Below are positions 24,921 through 32,079 of a stretch of DNA of 40,326 bases, piece after piece (position 1 is the stretch's first letter; each line of letters starts with the position of its first letter). This DNA is from a virus: IMG/VR virus record IMGVR_UViG_3300037422_000319, positions 1-40,326 of that record. One strand, given 5' to 3'. The translations under genes were made by a program, and so were the position numbers. A model generated the notes under the pieces. That model searched no databases and had not been told where the DNA came from. It worked only from the letters and a program-made list of their open reading frames with translations.

Positions 24921-25267
24921 TGGCGGACGATAAAGACATATTGCAGGTGCTGGGGGAGATAACTGCGACTCAAAAGCTTCAACAGGAGGCCCTTAGGGAC
25001 ATTTCTGATACCTGTAGAGCCAATACCGAGACTTTAATAAAGAATACAGAACAATTAGAATACCACATTCGCCGCACCGACATCATAGAAGAAAAGCACG
25101 AAGGATTCATGATTCTAACCGATAAACGTCTGGATTTATTGGAGAATGACCGGAAAGCGCGGGTCGCCATCAAGAAGGCCCTCTGGAAAACACTAGGAAA
25201 AGCTTCCTTCTTAGCAGGGGCCATTGTAGCGATTATAGAGGCTATTAGGGCCTTAATGAGGCTGTAA
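24920..25267 (+). CDS. Tail-anchored membrane protein (coiled-coil N-terminus, C-terminal TM); possible lysis regulator or holin partner
   Basis: C-terminal KASFLAGAIVAIIEAIRALMRL hydrophobic segment. Adjacent to the holin-like gene at the end of the late operon. Confidence 0.4.
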   Translation: MADDKDILQVLGEITATQKLQQEALRDISDTCRANTETLIKNTEQLEYHIRRTDIIEEKHEGFMILTDKRLDLLENDRKARVAIKKALWKTLGKASFLAGAIVAIIEAIRALMRL

Positions 25268-25269
25268 TA

Positions 25270-25506
25270 ATGAAAAGCATATACCCCATTGACCCTAAGA
25301 CCAAGAAGCGATCTGTGACCCTCCTATTAGTTATGGTAGCTAGTTTAGCAGTGCTTTCAAATATCGCCTTAGCGGCTCTAGGCTATGTTAAGGAGGAGTT
25401 GCCTATGGTTAGGGAATTCTTCTTCGGGGCCTTAGGGGCGTATACAGCAAGAAAGTTTACATTCTCTAAGGATTCCGTTGACATAGAGGAAAGTTCTAAG
25501 GAGTAA
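25270..25506 (+). CDS. Holin-like protein (78 aa, two hydrophobic segments, charged C-terminus)
   Basis: VTLLLVMVASLAVLSNIALAALGYV and FFFGALGAYTA segments, with an acidic/lysine tail. Near the end of the late operon, followed only by the small 25648-25821 ORF. Confidence 0.5.
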   Translation: MKSIYPIDPKTKKRSVTLLLVMVASLAVLSNIALAALGYVKEELPMVREFFFGALGAYTARKFTFSKDSVDIEESSKE

Positions 25507-25647
25507 TTGTCACAATTTTACATAACTTTTCATGACAAATTTATACATAATTACGTAGGTGAATTGACTAAAATGACCACTGAGATGCATAAACTGTGTA
25601 ACATGTCAAGTTTAGTTATTCAGTAATTTCAAGGAGATACAAATCAA

Positions 25648-25821
25648 ATGGCTGAAGATAGAAAAATAGATCCTCAGAAAAGTAAGGAAGCCGGCGAGGC
25701 TCTTAAAAATGCTGGAATGGAACAACTACAGAAAATTAAAGAGTTTTTCACTGGAAGGCAGCAGGTAGATCAAAAACGTGCTCAAGCTGCAGAAAATCTT
25801 AAGAAGAATCGCGGCTACTAG
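25648..25821 (+). CDS. Small hydrophilic protein (57 aa), not in the ORF track
   Basis: AAGGAGA lies 7 nt upstream of ATG 25648. Translation: MAEDRKIDPQKSKEAGEALKNAGMEQLQKIKEFFTGRQQVDQKRAQAAENLKKNRGY. Confidence 0.55.
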   Translation: MAEDRKIDPQKSKEAGEALKNAGMEQLQKIKEFFTGRQQVDQKRAQAAENLKKNRGY

Positions 25822-25955
25822 CTTTGCTAGGACTCTTTTACGCATTCCTTGTAAACTTGGGCTGTATCGAATAAAGATGCGGATAGAAGTAATTGCTTTT
25901 AAGCCAAATACTTTAGAAGAAATCGGGAGAGTGACGCGGCGTTGTATAAGGTGCT

Positions 25956-26300
25956 TTAAAATCTTTTAATCCTATTACTCCAGTACAGTATATCTGCTTT
26001 TACTTTAAAATTCACACGTTTATAGCTTCCAAGATGGCCTACTGCCAAATGGCAATTAAGTCCTCCCTTTTTAGATTCACATAAAGTCACTAAATTTGAT
26101 ACTTTTAATTCTAAATCAGGAGCCATATGAAAGGGCTTAATATGATGTACTTCCAACTTTTTAGTGCCTTTACAAACGGCGCATCGCCCATTTTTACTTA
26201 AATGCGTGGCTCTGATTTTTGGCCATTTATTAGAACGCTTAGATCCCTTGGGAACACTGCCCCTAATCCGATCTCTAAGATGTTTTAGTAGCTGTTTCAC
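25956..26300 (-). CDS. HNH endonuclease
   Basis: CAVCKGTKKLEVHHIKPF...NLVTLCESKKGGLNCHLAVGH matches the C-x2-C...HH...N...C-x2-H HNH pattern. Track ORF extends to GTG 26387 but would overlap the clearly coding zinc-ribbon end of the upstream gene by 113 nt. GTG 26300 is proposed; the start is uncertain. Confidence 0.8.
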   Translation of the reverse strand: MKQLLKHLRDRIRGSVPKGSKRSNKWPKIRATHLSKNGRCAVCKGTKKLEVHHIKPFHMAPDLELKVSNLVTLCESKKGGLNCHLAVGHLGSYKRVNFKVKADILYWSNRIKRF

Positions 26301-26670
26301 GCTCTTTACACTTCTCACAACGTACTGAAATCCATCCTTTTCCGCCCAACTTTCCGGAGTTTCCACATAGTTCACATGTAATAGCACTAATTTTCTCAGC
26401 TAATTCAATAACGGCGTCCATCAAATCAGTTGATTTGTCAATATAAAATCTCAAGGTTCCGAATTTCTCTTTTACCTGGACAGCTACGCAATGAACCCCT
26501 TCAAGGTTTGATAAGTTAGTCAAGCGTTCCGAAAGAGTTCTAATTATGGGCTCCCAGCCGCTTCCGCACTCAAAACCCCAGCACATGCTGGTAGTTTGCA
26601 TATCGGCATGGCGAGCTTGGTAAAGCTCAGGAAAATCTCTTACTAAAGCCTCATCTAACTTTATTTTCAT
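26275..26670 (-). CDS. Hypothetical protein with KEKFGTLRFY motif and C-terminal CxxC...CxxC zinc ribbon
   Basis: MCWGFECGSGWEPII...VQVKEKFGTLRFY resembles a widespread phage protein family of unknown function. Also CELCG...CEKC. Confidence 0.6.
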   Translation of the reverse strand: MKIKLDEALVRDFPELYQARHADMQTTSMCWGFECGSGWEPIIRTLSERLTNLSNLEGVHCVAVQVKEKFGTLRFYIDKSTDLMDAVIELAEKISAITCELCGNSGKLGGKGWISVRCEKCKERETATKTS

Positions 26671-26689
26671 TACGTTCCTCCAAAAAGAG

Positions 26690-26983
26690 TTATTTCCTTA
26701 AAAGCATAATAAGAAGACATGCTTCCGAGGACAATACCTTACTAACCCACATTCCGTAAAGATCCTTAGGAAGCAAATCGCTCATCATAGCCCTAACATT
26801 TTCTGCCTTACTGAGAGATTCTAGCTGTTGGGGAGGCTTTTCTTGAATAGTGTACCCGATCTTGGCGAGGGCTCGTTTCTTACTTTCAAGCGATTCGCCG
26901 TCCAGCGCGGTAATGCCGTCGTCTTTAAAGTTAATTGGATACCAATCTGAACCGTCTTTACTGACCGCGTATTTAATGATCAT
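26690..26983 (-). CDS. Hypothetical protein (97 aa from MIIKYAV)
   Basis: AGGAGG lies 4-5 nt upstream of ATG 26983. ATGA overlap with the upstream stop. Confidence 0.55.
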   Translation of the reverse strand: MIIKYAVSKDGSDWYPINFKDDGITALDGESLESKKRALAKIGYTIQEKPPQQLESLSKAENVRAMMSDLLPKDLYGMWVSKVLSSEACLLIMLLRK

Positions 26984-27180
26984 TTTGCCTCCTGAGTACA
27001 CACAACTCGATACACCTGAGATTTTACTTTAACGAACTTTTTAACGCAAGGGGACTTGGGATAGATTTCCACGCAGCGCTTCTTGGCTCTCATAAGTGTG
27101 TTTACGTCTTCCTGCGTCCATACCGGCGTTATATTAACTATTACAGTAGCGGCGCAGATTAATGCTTCTGTAAAGAACAT
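26980..27180 (-). CDS. Small protein with N-terminal hydrophobic signal/anchor (66 aa)
   Basis: MFFTEALICAATVIVNITPVW, then a basic Cys-containing domain. Confidence 0.5.
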   Translation of the reverse strand: MFFTEALICAATVIVNITPVWTQEDVNTLMRAKKRCVEIYPKSPCVKKFVKVKSQVYRVVCTQEAK

Positions 27181-27471
27181 TTATTTAGTGTCCTTCTCCG
27201 GATGAATTAGAAAAACCCGCTCTCCAATACAGTCAAGGTATTTAAGAGCAAAGTAAGCCGTAATATGATTGGCAGTAAGCCCATCATCTCCTAAGCCCCA
27301 AGTTTCTGACATATTATAGAAATTGAGTATTGGTTCATTACTAGATTCAGTAAGCTGTCCACGGCAACGCTCATGTTTAAGTTCTTGCCTAAAACTGGGA
27401 GCTGCTATGCCTCCAGCAATTATAAGCATAGACCCCGCGAGTAAAACGAGTAGGTTAGTCTTAAAGCTCAT
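27181..27471 (-). CDS. Secreted or membrane-anchored protein (96 aa)
   Basis: N-terminal MSFKTNLLVLLAGSMLIIAGGIAAPS signal-like segment. Confidence 0.55.
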   Translation of the reverse strand: MSFKTNLLVLLAGSMLIIAGGIAAPSFRQELKHERCRGQLTESSNEPILNFYNMSETWGLGDDGLTANHITAYFALKYLDCIGERVFLIHPEKDTK

Positions 27472-27791
27472 GCAGCGTCCGTAGGATTAGAGATGGCCGG
27501 AGCTGGAGTGTTCTCGCTTTTACGCTCTTCTCCAGATCCAGCCTCAGTGTTAGAGCCCCCGGTTGATTCTTGAGTTGCGGGGCTTAAAGCTACATAAACT
27601 CCTACATAGCCGCTAGGTTCGCTAACTAATTTAGTAGTCAGCCTAACCTGAATTTTTTGTACTAACTCGGCCAAAAACTTTTTATTAATAAGCTCGCTGG
27701 CTACCTTAACAATAAATAACTCAGTTTCGGCTTTAACTGAGTCTTCCAGACCTTTTAAAAAATCCGACTTAATGTCAATTACTTTATTCAT
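27468..27791 (-). CDS. Hypothetical protein (107 aa from MNKVIDIK)
   Basis: Track ORF trimmed. GAGGAAG lies 4 nt upstream of ATG 27791, which is 1 nt after the upstream stop. Confidence 0.55.
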   Translation of the reverse strand: MNKVIDIKSDFLKGLEDSVKAETELFIVKVASELINKKFLAELVQKIQVRLTTKLVSEPSGYVGVYVALSPATQESTGGSNTEAGSGEERKSENTPAPAISNPTDAA

Positions 27792-27792
27792 A

Positions 27793-27987
27793 TTACTTCC
27801 TCTTATTCTTTTGTTTTGATTTTTTGGCTCCGTGTTTTGGTCTTCTCCCCGCATTCTCATCTTGATTTGGGGGACATAAAGAACAACTTAACCATAAACG
27901 GCTAATCTTATTTTCTACATCTTCGTAAGACTTGCCAGCTTGAATGGCCAATCTTTTAAGCATGCTTCTAGATTTATTTTTTGCCAT
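27793..27987 (-). CDS. Small basic protein (64 aa from MAKNKSRS)
   Basis: Track ORF 27793..28074 trimmed to ATG 27987, overlapping the lipoprotein stop by 14 nt. Confidence 0.5.
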   Translation of the reverse strand: MAKNKSRSMLKRLAIQAGKSYEDVENKISRLWLSCSLCPPNQDENAGRRPKHGAKKSKQKNKRK

Positions 27988-28312
27988 GGCCTTTTCCTTT
28001 ACATTTCTTAGTATGTTTATGCTGTTTCTTGCAGCCCTCGGCAGAATCAGAATCAGAATCACTATCTGAGTCATTTTTAAGCTTATCTATACATGAATTG
28101 TATTTTTTAGCTAATTCCATTAAGTCCACTTGACATTGCCCTATATCGGAGGCTCCTTTTGACGGTTCGCTTGAAGGACACCCCATTGGAGTGAACGGTG
28201 CTCGCGTTTCACCGACGACGCGGTCATCATCTGCACAACTAATTGCCAGGCCTAGTGCAATAAAAAGTAGGCCTGCCAGATAGTACCACTGATAATTATT
28301 TTTCATAACCAT
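27974..28312 (-). CDS. Putative lipoprotein with a (DS)n repeat and a basic Cys/His/Lys tail
   Basis: Signal YYLAGLLFIALGLAISC (lipobox-like LAISC), DSDSDSDSDS, and C-terminal CKKQHKHTKKCKGKGHGKK. Confidence 0.6.
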   Translation of the reverse strand: MVMKNNYQWYYLAGLLFIALGLAISCADDDRVVGETRAPFTPMGCPSSEPSKGASDIGQCQVDLMELAKKYNSCIDKLKNDSDSDSDSDSAEGCKKQHKHTKKCKGKGHGKK

Positions 28313-28469
28313 GTTCTTTCCTTTTAATCGCCACTTTAGGGCTTAACTTTTTAACTTTCACTTCGCCAGAGTGAAGTTCTGACTTAAGTTTATCTTTTTG
28401 AGGACCTGTCAATGGGCTGCCCTTACTTAAAAGATACCCTACCTGTTTTTTACTTTTCATCTTTGCCAT
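28296..28469 (-). CDS. Small basic protein (57 aa), not in the ORF track
   Basis: GGAG lies 5 nt upstream of ATG 28469, 2 nt after the upstream stop. Translation: MAKMKSKKQVGYLLSKGSPLTGPQKDKLKSELHSGEVKVKKLSPKVAIKRKEHGYEK. Overlaps the lipoprotein start. Confidence 0.55.
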   Translation of the reverse strand: MAKMKSKKQVGYLLSKGSPLTGPQKDKLKSELHSGEVKVKKLSPKVAIKRKEHGYEK

Positions 28470-28471
28470 CG

Positions 28472-28807
28472 TTACTCCAATATAATAGTAATTAACCCGC
28501 CTGTCAACCCTGCCGCAGCCCCCGCCTCTGTATTCTTCATAAGGCCGCCAATCACGCAGCCAGCAGCCCCCCCAACAATAAGGCGGGCCCAGCCCGGGAG
28601 TAATGGCTCAACCTCGAGTTCAGAAACACGCTTGTAAGCCCCATCCCGTTGTTCCACTAAGATGTTATTAGCAGCCCTAAGTGCCGCATTTTGAAGCTCA
28701 AGCTCATCGGCATAACTAACACATACGGACAAATCCCACTCGCAATCCGCCCTTACGACACTGGACATAAGAGAAGCTACCAAAACTGCTATAAGCCATT
28801 TACTCAT
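28472..28807 (-). CDS. Envelope protein: cleavable signal peptide, coiled-coil, C-terminal glycine-zipper membrane segment
   Basis: MSKWLIAVLVASLMSSVVRA-DCEW..., and C-terminal LIVGGAAGCVIGGLMKNTEAGAAAGLTGGLITIIL. Confidence 0.6.
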   Translation of the reverse strand: MSKWLIAVLVASLMSSVVRADCEWDLSVCVSYADELELQNAALRAANNILVEQRDGAYKRVSELEVEPLLPGWARLIVGGAAGCVIGGLMKNTEAGAAAGLTGGLITIILE

Positions 28808-29082
28808 TTGGAATCCTCCTGAGTCTCTGAATATCGTTTTCTCATCTCAGCATATTTCTCTTGTAACTTAAAGGCCTTTACCTTTTCCTCACTAGTTTTC
28901 ATCTGCTTAGCAATTGACTCGAGTTCCTTATCGGCTCTGCTTTTCATTATATCTAATTGTAATTTTGACAGTTTACGCGATTTGTCTTTATTAGCTAAAA
29001 CTAATACCCCAATCACTATTGATGCAAATAAAAGCAGCCATTGCGTTAGGGTTAATCGGAGGCTATCTATAAACTTAAACAT
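28804..29082 (-). CDS. N-terminally anchored coiled-coil membrane protein (i-spanin-like topology)
   Basis: LTQWLLLFASIVIGVLVLA TM segment, then a K/E-rich helix. ATGA-type overlap with the next gene. Confidence 0.5.
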   Translation of the reverse strand: MFKFIDSLRLTLTQWLLLFASIVIGVLVLANKDKSRKLSKLQLDIMKSRADKELESIAKQMKTSEEKVKAFKLQEKYAEMRKRYSETQEDSK

Positions 29083-29329
29083 TTTTTAATTCCCTATTCC
29101 ATCGAGTGGCCCATTCTACTAAATCAATACCTCTAGCCAAATCTCCTGTTTGCTGATCTGCGATAATCTTAACTTCTCTTACCATCTGAGTCATAATTTT
29201 TAACTTTTCAGATTCAGAAATTCCATTACAAGGAGTAACGCAACTTTTGATAGAACGGCTTATTGGGGAATTAGGACAAATATTATAACAAGGTTGTGAT
29301 CCACAAATAGTACAATAATAATCTCTCAT
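29075..29329 (-). CDS. Cys-rich small protein (84 aa)
   Basis: N-terminal YCTICGSQPCYNICPNSPISRSIKSCVTPC. GGAGGG lies 6 nt upstream of the ATG. Confidence 0.55.
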   Translation of the reverse strand: MRDYYCTICGSQPCYNICPNSPISRSIKSCVTPCNGISESEKLKIMTQMVREVKIIADQQTGDLARGIDLVEWATRWNRELKNV

Positions 29330-29347
29330 GTGCGCCCTCCGCAGGAG

Positions 29348-29515
29348 TTAAACATCCCAGTTATCCTCACTTAAACAATGAATGCAGTATAAAAAATCCC
29401 CATCATCTAACTTATCGCCACAATCTACGCAATATTTTTGGTCACAGGATTCGCAGAAGAGTTCCCCCTCACTAGTAGTAATTATTTCATCTCCACAATT
29501 GCAATACTTACGCAT
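29348..29515 (-). CDS. Zinc-ribbon mini-protein (55 aa), not in the ORF track
   Basis: TAATG overlap with the metallophosphoesterase stop. Translation: MRKYCNCGDEIITTSEGELFCESCDQKYCVDCGDKLDDGDFLYCIHCLSEDNWDV (four Cys pairs). Confidence 0.6.
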   Translation of the reverse strand: MRKYCNCGDEIITTSEGELFCESCDQKYCVDCGDKLDDGDFLYCIHCLSEDNWDV

Positions 29516-30210
29516 TACAGTTTCCCCGTCCAGCGTCCCCTTCGATTTAATTTCATAGGGATAAAAGTAGGAACTCCATTATTGATTACGCCAACTCCTA
29601 GAATTGGCTTATCCTTTAGAAGTTTACCGTAATTAAAAGCATATGCGTGGCGGTCAATAAGACACCCTACATTGAACCCATATAACAGGTACTCTGCATT
29701 AGCCCAGTACTGAATGCCAGCCCAAGAGTGGAAGTGACCAAATACGGTGCTCTTCATATTCTTAAGGGGCAGCTGGAAGGAGGCCATTTTTCCCCCGCCT
29801 GTAATAGCATCGCCGTGCTCATAGCGAACCCCGTCAATGTCCCAATTCTCTGCCCACTGCCAGCCCTTTGGGGCCTTTAAAAATTCTCTATAATCCCTGA
29901 GATAGGCCTTAGGAATGCCGTGTTTATAGGCCTTTCTAAAAATGCGGGACGTGTGATTAGACTCACAAAGCTTCATGTCTGGAAAAGCTTTATACCAATG
30001 TTTTAACTTTGCGAGAGAAGCGAGCAACTCATCGCCTGCCGACATACCATCCGGGTCATGGTCCCAATCCCCAAGCGCATGGTGGTCAATCTCGTCCCCC
30101 ACATTAACCACTACGTGGGGCTTTACTTTAGCTGCTACGGTTTTGACAAACTCTAGAGCATCCCGGTGCTCAAACGGAATCTGTAAGTCTGGTATTACAA
30201 GCACTCTCAT
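29515..30210 (-). CDS. Calcineurin-like metallophosphoesterase
   Basis: Motifs IPDLQIPFEH (D-x-H type), GDEID (GDxxD), ESNH (GNH), GHFH (GHxH). Confidence 0.8.
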   Translation of the reverse strand: MRVLVIPDLQIPFEHRDALEFVKTVAAKVKPHVVVNVGDEIDHHALGDWDHDPDGMSAGDELLASLAKLKHWYKAFPDMKLCESNHTSRIFRKAYKHGIPKAYLRDYREFLKAPKGWQWAENWDIDGVRYEHGDAITGGGKMASFQLPLKNMKSTVFGHFHSWAGIQYWANAEYLLYGFNVGCLIDRHAYAFNYGKLLKDKPILGVGVINNGVPTFIPMKLNRRGRWTGKL

Positions 30211-30416
30211 CGCTGTTCCCCGGGTCCCTTAACTAAATAGGGGAGACGTCTGATTACTGGGACTTCAATCCCCCTTCTGGTACATTCCTCTTGTATTAAG
30301 AGAAGTACAAGGATAGAGACTTCTTTTTCAGGCCCACTCATATGCCTGTTCATTATATTAGCCAAAGTGTATAAATGTTTAGACTCTATCCTAGAGTTAC
30401 TCAGCCTGACTTTCAA
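30207..30416 (-). CDS. Hypothetical protein (69 aa)
   Basis: Track ORF; overlapping start and stop with neighbours. Confidence 0.5.
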   Translation of the reverse strand: MKVRLSNSRIESKHLYTLANIMNRHMSGPEKEVSILVLLLIQEECTRRGIEVPVIRRLPYLVKGPGEQR

Positions 30417-30759
30417 ATCGGATATTTAAAAAATCCATTCGTTCCGATTTTCTTCCGCCACTAGATATATTTTCAGAACGAGTGCCTGCAACATACCCAG
30501 AAGCCTGCATGTCAACCACAAACCTTGCTACAACGGCTCGGTCAATATGAGTAACGTTAACTTCAATCTGATTAACTCCAGTATCAATAGCCTGAAGAAC
30601 TAGTTTTGTAATAGTTCTTCTAAAAGCCTGCTCGGCTCGTTTGGAGGCTTCTTCTGCTAGAAGAATCTCTGGCTCTTTCTTGGGCTCGGCGGCCTCGGCG
30701 GTCGCATTCGCTTCTGCTACCATGTCCTCAATCGGGCGTTCAATTGCTCTTTTAGTCAT
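30397..30759 (-). CDS. Hypothetical protein (120 aa)
   Basis: Track ORF in the operon. Confidence 0.55.
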   Translation of the reverse strand: MTKRAIERPIEDMVAEANATAEAAEPKKEPEILLAEEASKRAEQAFRRTITKLVLQAIDTGVNQIEVNVTHIDRAVVARFVVDMQASGYVAGTRSENISSGGRKSERMDFLNIRFESQAE

Positions 30760-30771
30760 CGGTCTCTCCTA

Positions 30772-31326
30772 TTAAGCTGCGCGGTCAAATTCTGGCGGCG
30801 CAATAAAAAGTTCGAAAATACTTCTCACTTCTGAAGCTATATCAAGTCTGGAACGAAGTAGCGATACAAAACTTGCAACTGCCCCGTCATCCTGCCCCTC
30901 TACCTCTAAGAAGAGCCTCCGATCAGAATCACCCTCTACTTTATAAAAGGCACATTCCAATTTAAAGCCTTCATAGTTAAGCTTATACAACATATAAGTC
31001 TTACTAATTTCTCCGAGAGGGTCCCCAAGAACAGACCTAAAAAATCCCTTAGGGTATTCCACATCTGTTATAAACTCATGCTCGAGACGGTCAATATTGT
31101 TGCCCTTATCCTTTGTCTTTACTGTAACTAAGGTTTCTCTTTGCCCCTCTGTACGCCTAACTCTAAGAAATTGGGCCTCTCCATAAGATCGAAAATAAGT
31201 ATCCGTATCCATGTATAAAGACGTGTCTGTAGTAATAACATCAATAGATGGGATACCCTCAATCGCTACCCTAAGATTCTCTAGAGCTGAAAATAAGCTA
31301 TCCTGGCCTCTAACTACAAACTTCAT
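30772..31326 (-). CDS. CYTH-like (triphosphate tunnel metalloenzyme / class IV adenylate cyclase fold) protein, divergent
   Basis: FLRVRRTEGQRETLVTVKTKDKGNNIDRLEHEFITDV and RRLFLEVEG resemble CYTH strands (lRiR...lT.K....R.E.E and fvEiE). The N-terminal ExExK is replaced by KFVVR. Confidence 0.4.
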   Translation of the reverse strand: MKFVVRGQDSLFSALENLRVAIEGIPSIDVITTDTSLYMDTDTYFRSYGEAQFLRVRRTEGQRETLVTVKTKDKGNNIDRLEHEFITDVEYPKGFFRSVLGDPLGEISKTYMLYKLNYEGFKLECAFYKVEGDSDRRLFLEVEGQDDGAVASFVSLLRSRLDIASEVRSIFELFIAPPEFDRAA

Positions 31327-31766
31327 TTGTTCCTCCCAGATACTCCATTAGGATCAATAGCCCCAATTGGTATTAGAAAAGCCTGCGGTGCTTCTCCAGG
31401 ATCTGCTATATCCTGTGTGGAGGCTTTTTCTAATTCTCGTAACTTTAATTCTAACTGAGCTAAAACATTCCAGGCTTCGTGGGCTTGGTGAAGAAGGCCT
31501 GACTGCGGGTCATACTCTTCTCCTCGGTGACGGCTATTTTGATGGCGTCCTTGAGCATCAGCGTAACGAGATTGGCCATTTGGGACTTGGAGCCAGCCGC
31601 TATCGCTATACTTAATCGAGCCCATGGTGCCAACTTTAACGACTTCTTGAAAGGCCCTAGCAAAATCTTTAAGTACCAAGTTGAAGCGTAGTTTGCCTGC
31701 ATCTAACTTAGCCCCTGGGGTGTGGGCATCATAGCCTAGGGGGTCTTTTTCAGAATTTCTTTCCAT
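31323..31766 (-). CDS. DUF5664 / dATP-dGTP diphosphohydrolase N-terminal-domain-like protein
   Basis: KLDAGKLRFNLV...VVKVGTMGSIKY...RYADAQGRH...EYDPQSGLLHQAHEAWNVLAQLEL matches the K.D.GK...Ga.KY...A..RH...D.eSG..H.a...N.l pattern. Start trimmed to ATG 31766 (GAGGA upstream). Confidence 0.65.
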   Translation of the reverse strand: MERNSEKDPLGYDAHTPGAKLDAGKLRFNLVLKDFARAFQEVVKVGTMGSIKYSDSGWLQVPNGQSRYADAQGRHQNSRHRGEEYDPQSGLLHQAHEAWNVLAQLELKLRELEKASTQDIADPGEAPQAFLIPIGAIDPNGVSGRNK

Positions 31767-32079
31767 GGCGAATTCCTCGTGTTTTATTGTATTCAAGTTT
31801 TTTATCTATAATAGTTTCCAAGTCTAATTTTTTATACGCCGAGTAATCAAGTAAACGGATAACGGCATCTGCTATTTCAGAGCTTAGGCCTTTCAATTTT
31901 CCTGTAACAGGGTCTGCCCAAGTCTCTTCTTCGCCTTTACGAAGGCACTCAACCGCTTCAGCTAACTCAGTTACAACAAGCATGAGAGCCTCTGTATCAG
32001 TTTTCTTGAAACCTTCTTCGTACCAACCGGCCTCAACTGCTAGTTTATGGCATTTATCTTGTAATTCGTTTAATCTCAT
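31750..32079 (-). CDS. MazG-like nucleoside triphosphate pyrophosphohydrolase
   Basis: ALMLVVTELAEAVECLRKG ... LSSEIADAVIRLLDYSAYKKLDLETIIDKKLEYNKTR shows the all-alpha NTP-PPase E-x2-E ... E-x2-D signature. Confidence 0.75.
   Translation of the reverse strand: MRLNELQDKCHKLAVEAGWYEEGFKKTDTEALMLVVTELAEAVECLRKGEEETWADPVTGKLKGLSSEIADAVIRLLDYSAYKKLDLETIIDKKLEYNKTRGIRHGKKF

Noticed and set aside
25778-25969. Plus-strand ORF 25778..25969
   Set aside because: It overlaps the better-supported SD-led 57-aa ORF in another frame. It has a non-ATG start, no SD, and a basic low-information translation.
28472-28807. The 111-aa signal-peptide plus C-terminal-TM protein as a unimolecular spanin or o-spanin
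   Set aside because: The residues before the first Cys (VRAD-C) do not form a lipobox, so an outer-membrane lipoprotein anchor is not supported. It is kept as a generic envelope protein.
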